NCBI GenBank assembly: GCA_029258885.1 | Contig: JAPDJW010000006.1 | Location: 1 to 13,172 of the forward strand | Direction of reading: 5' to 3' | Source: Thermoproteota archaeon | GTDB lineage: Archaea; Thermoproteota; Thermoprotei; Thermofilales; B9-G17 | Length of the DNA stretch: 13,172 bases | Shown here: positions 1 to 6,727 of the stretch, in pieces | Layout: the number at the start of each line of letters is the position of its first letter | Position numbering within the stretch: position 1 is the first letter of the stretch | Notes under the pieces: generated by a model | Database searches by the model: none | What the model saw: the letters and a program-made list of their open reading frames with translations, nothing else | Told to the model about the DNA's origin: nothing | Position numbers and translations under genes: made by a program

Positions 1-2
1 TT

Positions 3-110
3 GTTTTTATCGCTGTATTAGGAGCATTAATCCTCGCCATAGTAGCGGTCACATTAATATTAAGAAGGAGAAGAGGACCGCCGCCACCGCCTCCTCCTCC
101 ACCGCCTTAG
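3..110 (+). CDS. 3' end of a membrane-anchored protein (partial; start lies upstream of the window)
   Basis: Frame from position 3 reads VFIAVLGALILAIVAVTLIL-RRRR-G-PPPPPPPPPP-stop (TAG 108-110). This is a hydrophobic helix, a basic stop-transfer patch and a 10-Pro tail written with mixed CCG/CCA/CCT codons. Not in the ORF track. Confidence 0.85.
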   Translation, partial: VFIAVLGALILAIVAVTLILRRRRGPPPPPPPPPP

Positions 111-158
111 GCGTGCTAGCTTTAGGTATAGAAGCTTTACAAGCTACCTTAACCTTAC

Positions 159-173
159 TTTTTATATTATTTT
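159..173 (+). terminator. Possible oligo-T terminator of the upstream partial gene
   Basis: TTTTTATATTATTTT about 50 nt after the TAG at 110. Archaeal terminators are U-tracts, but the region is AT-rich anyway. Confidence 0.35.
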
Positions 174-236
174 AAAGGTATTTTCAATGAATTTGAGCTA
201 AGCTTGTAGTGCTTCATGTCGTGAGGTATCGGATAG

Positions 237-1571
237 TTATTTTTCACCTACAACTATTGTTACCTTAGCTGGGTTAAGGTCTTTTAGGAGCTTTGTTAGA
301 TGTTTGTTGTAGGTAAACTTGTAGTAGAGAGTTGTGGCTATTATTGCTGGAGTTGCTATAAGTAGCCAGAGGTATGTGAAGAAGTTTACCGTTACCATTG
401 TAATGAGATTCGCCAGCATTATATCCGATAATTCCCCTGCCTCCTCTACGAAAATTAATGTAAATGTTTTTCCAAGCTGGTAGATCGAGTATATTACTCC
501 TATAAGTGAAAATGTGTCTATGAAGGATTTGAGCGACTCTATTACGCATGCCTCTTCCACGGTCCCTTTCCTTCTATCGTAGACTTTTAGGTTAAGTGAA
601 CCGAGTAGCCATGAAGGGGGAGCTACAAACGGTGAAACGAATATCAGAATTAGAAGTGATGAGAGGATTAGATTGAAGGGTTTAAATATTACGTCTAGGG
701 ATGATAGATCCACCCCCAGCCATGGCATAAACTGTGCTATAAAGGATATTAACGATAGAGATAGGAGAGTCGGCGTTATCGATTTAATGAATATTTCTGT
801 GAACCCTATATCTTCAACTATTACCTGTCTTTCTGTTTCAACTACTGTTCTATTTGAACGTTTAAATGATAAGCTTCTGAAAACGTTAATTTTCGATGCT
901 AATACATCGGTTAGATGCCAAGCTATCCATGCAAGTATTCCACATACAAAAAACATGACAGATATGGATATGAGGGCTGGTAGTGGACTTCCCACGAAAA
1001 TTAACATTAAAATTGACGTGCATATAATTCCTAGCTTAAATGTGTTTCTAGCACTTTTAACTCTAACATTTAACGATTCCATTTCACGTTTTAATAGTTG
1101 CTTCGCTATTATCCCTCCAACTATTAGAGCCCAGAAGCTATTTGCTACAATTCCTTGTATAGGTATCGGCACGGATACAGCTATATCCGAAGATCCTATA
1201 TATACCATTAGGTGGTGTCGTATGGGGAAAATTATCATTCCAAGCGCTGTAATGTAGTCTATCAGCCAATATTTGAAAGAATTTCTAAAAGCTGTCGAAA
1301 GCGTTAAGACTAAGCCTATAAATACTAGGGGGGCGAAGATGTTGTAAGATATATACCACATTACGTCGAGTATAGTGGATGTTAAGATATCTTCTAGAAG
1401 TAGTGTTACAGCTACTCCCAGCGTACTTAGGATTAATATGGGTACTGATAACGCATATCTTAGCCTAAGCTTAGGAGGTTTTTCCTTAAAGTATATGTGT
1501 GTTGGGAAACCGCATTTAGGGCAGAAGTCCGATGAATACTCTAGCCGCTTACCACATTTATAACAATACAT
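237..1571 (-). CDS. Zinc-ribbon domain multipass membrane protein (444 aa), function unknown
   Basis: N-terminal MYCYKCG-x8-FCPKCG is a CxxC...CxxC zinc ribbon of zinc_ribbon_2 type. It is followed by roughly ten hydrophobic segments in two blocks separated by a polar linker (RSLSFKRSNRTVVETERQ). Confidence 0.85.
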   Translation of the reverse strand: MYCYKCGKRLEYSSDFCPKCGFPTHIYFKEKPPKLRLRYALSVPILILSTLGVAVTLLLEDILTSTILDVMWYISYNIFAPLVFIGLVLTLSTAFRNSFKYWLIDYITALGMIIFPIRHHLMVYIGSSDIAVSVPIPIQGIVANSFWALIVGGIIAKQLLKREMESLNVRVKSARNTFKLGIICTSILMLIFVGSPLPALISISVMFFVCGILAWIAWHLTDVLASKINVFRSLSFKRSNRTVVETERQVIVEDIGFTEIFIKSITPTLLSLSLISFIAQFMPWLGVDLSSLDVIFKPFNLILSSLLILIFVSPFVAPPSWLLGSLNLKVYDRRKGTVEEACVIESLKSFIDTFSLIGVIYSIYQLGKTFTLIFVEEAGELSDIMLANLITMVTVNFFTYLWLLIATPAIIATTLYYKFTYNKHLTKLLKDLNPAKVTIVVGEK

Positions 1572-1599
1572 TTAGACCACGAGATTAATACTTCCATTC

Positions 1600-1636
1600 T
1601 AGATATATATCTAATTGTATTTAGATACCTAAATAC
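1600..1636 (-). promoter_or_regulatory. Putative promoter/operator: TATA-containing palindrome plus adjacent inverted repeat
   Basis: Perfect 14-bp palindrome TAGATATATATCTA (1600-1613), centred about 35 bp upstream of the ATG at 1571. Next to it is the inverted repeat GTATTTAG-atac-CTAAATAC (1617-1636). Confidence 0.5.
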
Positions 1637-1895
1637 TTTCGATAAATCCTTTTATTATTAAAATATTTTATTACGTGAACTGTCTACATTAGTTAAATTT
1701 GTTAATATAGTTAGAGAATATTTATAGGTATTAAATGTCTTATAAGAATATTAATTTAATTACGTTATTTCTCTTACTTACAAGAATCCTCTTAATATAC
1801 TCGGCTTTCAGCAGGCCTAAAATCGATTGTCCTAGGACGATTCCATATGATAGAACTTTTCGAGAATGCTGTACATTTTTAGTATTGGATGTTAA

Positions 1896-3224
1896 TTATG
1901 GAGGAAAACTGGTTATAAGCCACTTCCATAACGGTATTAGTTTTATTTTATTTCCTTTGTATTCTATTTCATCCTCTAGATTCCAAGTTATTATCTGCAT
2001 GTTCCTGCATCCTAGCTGTTTACTGGCTTTTATGAGGCTTCTTATTTCACGCCTATCTATTTCATCAACATCATTTGCATAAGTTACTTGGATTAGATGT
2101 TCTATTTTCGCTCCCTTCTTTACAACGAAGTCTACCTCGTGTTGCTGGGGGTCTCTCCAATAATATATCTCGTATTCAGGGTTAAAGTTTTTCCGCCTTA
2201 GTAGCTCTACCGCTACGGTATTTTCAATTATTTTCCCTATATTTTCCATAAATCTGAAGCCTAGTAGTGTGAAGAACGATATATCTGTTAGATAGTTTTT
2301 CCTTGGAGCTCTCTCCTGCTCTCTAACGCCGAAGGAGAACTTTGGTATAAGGTTTATGACCCTTGCTACCTGGAAGTATTTAGTAAACCTCTCTACGGTT
2401 TTAACGGGTACCTCTATGCTCCTGCTAATCTTTCTGAAACTTATTAATGCTGATGGATTTGATATAAGGAATCTTCCTACCGCCCTAAGAGCTACATCTG
2501 ATCTAACCCTAAACCTCTTCTCTATATCCTTTATAACGATGGTTTCCCAATAGTTTCTTACGATTTCCCTCCTCTTGCCTTCACTTTCCTCTAGCACTAT
2601 TTCAGGAAAACCGCCAAAGTTCAGATAGTAATTTAGCATTTCTCTAATAGCTCTCGGCCTTAAAAGTAGCTCATTCTCCGGAAGATCTATATTTTTAAAC
2701 ACTAGGAATTCCCTGAATGATAGAGGGTAAATTTCGAGAGTTATAGTTCTACCAGCTAGTATTGTTTCAAATTCCTCTGCCATAAGCTTTGCACTACCTC
2801 CGGATACTATTATCCTTGCTTCATTTCTCTCATGTATGCTTCTTACAAATTTCTCCCAGCATTTTACCTCCTGTACTTCATCCAATATTATGAGAGGCTG
2901 CTTCTCAGGCTTTATAAAGTCCCTGTATGCCTCATATACTTCTATCAGAAATTCCTTATCCAGCCTTACAGGGAAAAGCATTTCCTCAAAATTGACGTAA
3001 AGGACGTTTTTCACTCCTATTCTATTGCTTATAGCCTTATTTACCTGCCTTAATATATATGATTTTCCAGCTCTTCTTATTCCGAATATTGAAACTACCT
3101 TATTTACTCCCTTTAAATATGAACATATCCTGTTTACATATATGCTTCTCTCTATGCCAGTTTCTATTCCTTCTCCCCAGAAGTTCCAGGATGACAATAC
3201 CTCTATAATTCTCCTCCTATCCAT
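1896..3224 (-). CDS. ATP-binding protein, AAA_14 + DUF4143 family (442 aa)
   Basis: Walker A GIRRAGKS, Walker B IILDEVQ, VSGGS, LAGR and GGFPE motifs. A winged-helix-like central segment (ISFRKISRSIEVPVKTVERFTKYF) and a C-terminal YYWR...EVDFVV...LIQVT nuclease-like motif are typical of the family. Confidence 0.92.
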   Translation of the reverse strand: MDRRRIIEVLSSWNFWGEGIETGIERSIYVNRICSYLKGVNKVVSIFGIRRAGKSYILRQVNKAISNRIGVKNVLYVNFEEMLFPVRLDKEFLIEVYEAYRDFIKPEKQPLIILDEVQEVKCWEKFVRSIHERNEARIIVSGGSAKLMAEEFETILAGRTITLEIYPLSFREFLVFKNIDLPENELLLRPRAIREMLNYYLNFGGFPEIVLEESEGKRREIVRNYWETIVIKDIEKRFRVRSDVALRAVGRFLISNPSALISFRKISRSIEVPVKTVERFTKYFQVARVINLIPKFSFGVREQERAPRKNYLTDISFFTLLGFRFMENIGKIIENTVAVELLRRKNFNPEYEIYYWRDPQQHEVDFVVKKGAKIEHLIQVTYANDVDEIDRREIRSLIKASKQLGCRNMQIITWNLEDEIEYKGNKIKLIPLWKWLITSFPP

Positions 3225-3232
3225 GTGTATCT

Positions 3233-3270
3233 ATATGTGACACAAAATTTTAAAATTTTGTGTCACATAT
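3233..3270. repeat. Perfect 38-bp palindrome with no spacer, overlapping the ATPase promoter
   Basis: ATATGTGACACAAAATTTT|AAAATTTTGTGTCACATAT. The right half is the exact reverse complement of the left (checked base by base). The central TTTTAAAA (3248-3255) is 27-28 bp from the ATG at 3224. Confidence 0.97.
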
Positions 3271-3307
3271 CATTTGTTTCTTCATCTTTCAAGTATTAAC
3301 CGTTCTG

Positions 3308-3315
3308 TTTATATA
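3308..3315 (+). promoter_or_regulatory. TATA box of the CYTH gene (leaderless transcript)
   Basis: TTTATATA centred about 27 bp upstream of ATG 3338, the canonical archaeal spacing for a leaderless mRNA. Confidence 0.6.
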
Positions 3316-3337
3316 GTTCGATGTTTTGTATAGCTTA

Positions 3338-3877
3338 ATGATTGAATGTGAAGTTAAGTTTAGTGTTCGAGATTTAGGTGATGTCAAGGATAGAGTTATT
3401 AGGCTTGGAGGTAAGCATATTGTAAGCGTTTATGAGGAGGATGTTTTCTATCAGCATCCATGTAGGGATTTTAGGGCGAGCGATGAGGCTTTAAGGATTC
3501 GTGTTACCGAAGATTATATTGAGCTGACGTATAAGGGTCCTAAGATTTCTAGTAGGGCTAAGGTTAGGGAGGAACTTACTGTTAGGATGGATAAACACTG
3601 TTTTAATGCTATTGCCGGAATTCTAGATAGGCTTGGCTTTAAGAGGGTTGCTGTTGTACGTAAGCGTAGGGAGATGTATAGGCTTGACGACTACATTATA
3701 TGCTTGGATGATGTGGAGGGGCTTGGATCTTTTATAGAGATCGAGTATTCTGGTGAGGCTAGTGTGGAGGAGGCTGTATCTAAGCTGATGGGGATGGCTG
3801 ATATGCTTGGAGTGGAGGGTAAGCCTATTGTTAAATCTTATCTAGAGTTGTTGCTTGAAAAAGGGAAGTTTGGCTAG
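3338..3877 (+). CDS. cyaB: CYTH / triphosphate tunnel metalloenzyme (usually annotated class IV adenylate cyclase CyaB), 179 aa
   Basis: ExExK motif (MIECEVKF), DEALRIR, ELTYKGPK, REEL, KRREMY, LDDVEGLGSFIEIE and C-terminal KSYLELL. Start placed at ATG 3338 rather than TTG 3326 because of the TATA spacing and the position of the ExExK motif. Confidence 0.92.
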   Translation: MIECEVKFSVRDLGDVKDRVIRLGGKHIVSVYEEDVFYQHPCRDFRASDEALRIRVTEDYIELTYKGPKISSRAKVREELTVRMDKHCFNAIAGILDRLGFKRVAVVRKRREMYRLDDYIICLDDVEGLGSFIEIEYSGEASVEEAVSKLMGMADMLGVEGKPIVKSYLELLLEKGKFG

Positions 3878-4969
3878 TTTTTCCAGTGATTTTAATCCGA
3901 ATCCCGTCAGCAGTATGATTGTGTTTTCTGGGCTTATCTCTTTACTCTCGATTAGCTTTTTGAATCCGGCTACGGCGACTGCTGATGTTAATTCTATGAA
4001 TAAACCCTTTTTGGCTGTATGTTTGAATGCATCCAGTATTTCACTGTTTGAAACTACTATTACATCTCCACCAGTTTCCTTTATTGCCTCAGCTGTTTCC
4101 TTTAGTCTTGGGGGATTTGACACAGCAACTCCCTCCGTTAGTATCTCGGACTCCTTGTTAGGGTATTCTCCATGAAGGTAGTCATAGATAGGCGTGCATG
4201 AAGCCGCCTGTACACCGTATATTCTGGGGATTTCATCTACTATTCCAAGCTCTAGTAGTTCGCTAAAGCCCTTATATACTCCGATGGTGTAGCCTCCGCT
4301 TCCTACAGGTAATATTATTGAGTCGACAATCCTCCCAGCTTGCTCAGCTATTTCGTAGGCCACTGTCTTAAGTCCTTCTATGAAGAAGGGATTCCATAGG
4401 TGGCTGGCATAGTACTTTTCTTCTGCAGCCTTTATTGCTTCCTTATTTGCATCCATTCTGCTTCCCTTCACCTTAATGACTTTTGCGCCGTAGATTGATA
4501 TCTGAAGTACCTTGCTTATCGGCGTATATTCAGGGACGTATATTTCAGCTCTTATTCCAGCGAGGCTTGAGTAGGCTGCAATTGATGCTCCAGCGTTTCC
4601 GGAGGAGTCTTCAACTACCTCCTTTATTCCTAGCTCTTTTACTCTGCTTATTAGAACCGAGGAACCTCTATCTTTAAATGATCCTGTTGGCATTATGTAG
4701 TCCAGTTTGAGCAACGTTTCTACATTATAGATTCTCAGTTTTACTATGGGTGTGTAGCCCTCGCCTAGGCTTATCCTGTAATCGTATGATACGGGTATAA
4801 GCTCTCTGTATCTCCATATGCTTTTCTCCCTTTCTTTGCATACGGAAAAGTCGAAGTCTATTTCGCCTAATTCTAACTCTATTGTAAGGGGTGAATTACA
4901 GATGCACCTCCACGTATAGGGATTACTGATTTTACGTCTACATTCGGTGCATATAATTTCATAGCTCAT
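3842..4969 (-). CDS. thrC: Threonine synthase-like PLP-dependent enzyme (fold type II), 375 aa
   Basis: PTGSFKDRG (PLP lysine), DSSGNAGAS, PVGSGG and an N-terminal CTEC...CIC metal knuckle. Start placed at ATG 4969 because GGTGAT lies just upstream; the track's start at 4999 is a GTG. The 3' end overlaps the CYTH gene by 36 bp. The substrate is not established from sequence. Confidence 0.85.
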   Translation of the reverse strand: MSYEIICTECRRKISNPYTWRCICNSPLTIELELGEIDFDFSVCKEREKSIWRYRELIPVSYDYRISLGEGYTPIVKLRIYNVETLLKLDYIMPTGSFKDRGSSVLISRVKELGIKEVVEDSSGNAGASIAAYSSLAGIRAEIYVPEYTPISKVLQISIYGAKVIKVKGSRMDANKEAIKAAEEKYYASHLWNPFFIEGLKTVAYEIAEQAGRIVDSIILPVGSGGYTIGVYKGFSELLELGIVDEIPRIYGVQAASCTPIYDYLHGEYPNKESEILTEGVAVSNPPRLKETAEAIKETGGDVIVVSNSEILDAFKHTAKKGLFIELTSAVAVAGFKKLIESKEISPENTIILLTGFGLKSLEKLAKLPFFKQQL

Positions 4970-5019
4970 TTGATCACCGAGTATCACTACCTTAATCAAT
5001 CACATTATAGTAATTCTTA

Positions 5020-6723
5020 ATGAATATGTCGAATGCCCAAAGCTATGCGGATAAGTATGAGAAAATTGTCGAATATTATCAGAGATACTACGTTAATGCC
5101 GTAGGTATAGTTGAGAGGAAGATAAGGAGTTATGTTGAGAGAGGATATACGCGCGAGGAAGCTATAGAAATGTTGTATACCAGCATATTTGAGAAGTTTG
5201 AGTATGGATATAGTCGTGGAGCATCTTCGATGTACAACTATTCAGTAGCGCCTAATTATGCGGGAAAACCTAGTTTCTTAACGATATTGAGCTATTCTTA
5301 TAATGCCTTTACCTTAAATCCTCTTTTAGCTGTTCCCGTTCTGATAAGGGATAGCATTAGCTATTTTCAAAGCGCATATATATTCTTTGTATTGGTGCTT
5401 TTGATTAATAGCTTAGCTAGCTTAGGCTCAAGCAATATTTCGGATAATCTTTCCCTTCTATTATCGTTAATAGAACATTTGAGCTACATGTTCTATGTAG
5501 TTTTAGCTCTAGTAGTTGTTATTATGTCGGCAGTGGAGGCTTTTTACTGGTCATCGATGATATCCGCTACCCTCAGGGTGTCGGGCGGTGCTTGGCTAAC
5601 GTCTAAGGGCGTAATTCATGGGTTGGGCAGAGTTATGGATCTATTTAAGGCTTTGGTGATAGCTAATTCCGTGAAAATAGGGGTTCCGGCAGCCATCATC
5701 TTGACGTCTGTTCTAGGTGCTATTAGGAGCATGCTTGGCGGATCAATAGCTACTATCTTTATACTTATAGCGGTTATCGGGTTGATGGGTATAGCTTATA
5801 TTGCCTCAAGCTTCTTTCTAACGTTCGTTCCACATACCGTATATGTTGAGGGGTATGGCCCGACTAAAGCTATTAGGGAGAGCATTAGGATGGTTGTAAG
5901 GTCCTTCTCCGACGTACTAGTATACTATTTATTCTGGATAGTTGTTCAATCGATTGCGGCCACAACAGCGTACATGCTAGGCCTATTAAACGTATCGATA
6001 TCGAATCTTATAGCGTTCATAATTTCGGTTATTGTTACCCCGATTATGGATTTATCACTTACGGAAGTTTATCTATTGAATACAAATAGGAGCATTAGTA
6101 TGTGGGTTAAGAGGAGAAACCTTCTAGGCTTAATATCTAAGTATATTGGAGCTGGAATTATTGAGCTTAAATCCTTCCTGTTTAGGCTGGAGAACTACCC
6201 ATTTATACTGTTGTCCCTGTTTGCCTTTATATTATCCTCGATTCACGGCTATTTCCTTGGAATCGATTACCTTAGGCCGTTTAGGGATCTTATAGTAAGG
6301 CCTGGCAGGATAAATCCAATAATGTATCAGTCGCCTTTCTCTCTAGCTCTTGAGATATTCTTCAACAACTGGAAGATAGGATTAATATCGACGGTCAGCG
6401 GGGTGGGGACGCCAATATTACCTGCTTTAATAACATATGTGAATGGATGGTTGCTAGGGCTTGTGTCTTCAAAGCTGACACTGTATGAGTTGCTTGTGGT
6501 AATAGGTCCCCATGGAGTTATAGAGTTGCCTTCTCTGATAATTGCTCTAGCTGCAGGATTTAAGCTTGGATTCTACTACCTTTTTAGGAGGAAACTATTT
6601 CCGGAGGAGTTGAAGAGGTGTATTAAGGTAGGTATCGGTTTAGCTCCACTGTTTCTCTTAGCAGCGGTAATAGAAGCTACCGTAACGCCAGCTTTAATAA
6701 AATATCTATTAGGGTGGTCCTAA
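5020..6723 (+). CDS. Multipass membrane protein with a C-terminal stage II sporulation protein M (SpoIIM/DUF95) domain, 567 aa
   Basis: The C-terminal ~170 aa carry SpoIIM hallmarks: IFFNNWKIGL, NGWLLG, PHGVIELP and AAVIEATVTP. The middle ~280 aa form a separate ~6-7 TM domain (FVPHTVYVEGYGPTKAIRESIRMV). The start is ATG 5020 or 5026. Confidence 0.85.
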   Translation: MNMSNAQSYADKYEKIVEYYQRYYVNAVGIVERKIRSYVERGYTREEAIEMLYTSIFEKFEYGYSRGASSMYNYSVAPNYAGKPSFLTILSYSYNAFTLNPLLAVPVLIRDSISYFQSAYIFFVLVLLINSLASLGSSNISDNLSLLLSLIEHLSYMFYVVLALVVVIMSAVEAFYWSSMISATLRVSGGAWLTSKGVIHGLGRVMDLFKALVIANSVKIGVPAAIILTSVLGAIRSMLGGSIATIFILIAVIGLMGIAYIASSFFLTFVPHTVYVEGYGPTKAIRESIRMVVRSFSDVLVYYLFWIVVQSIAATTAYMLGLLNVSISNLIAFIISVIVTPIMDLSLTEVYLLNTNRSISMWVKRRNLLGLISKYIGAGIIELKSFLFRLENYPFILLSLFAFILSSIHGYFLGIDYLRPFRDLIVRPGRINPIMYQSPFSLALEIFFNNWKIGLISTVSGVGTPILPALITYVNGWLLGLVSSKLTLYELLVVIGPHGVIELPSLIIALAAGFKLGFYYLFRRKLFPEELKRCIKVGIGLAPLFLLAAVIEATVTPALIKYLLGWS

Positions 6724-6727
6724 AATA

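Noticed and set aside
1735-2082. 115-aa plus-strand ORF spanning the spacer and the ATPase 3' end
   Set aside because: Largely antisense to a well-supported gene, low-complexity AT-rich start and no family motif.
3236-3267. CRP-like half-sites TGTGA...TCACA next to a gene annotated as adenylate cyclase
   Set aside because: The spacer is 22 bp rather than CRP's 6, no CRP-family gene is in the window, and archaeal CYTH proteins are not shown to be cyclases. Treated as coincidence within the larger palindrome.
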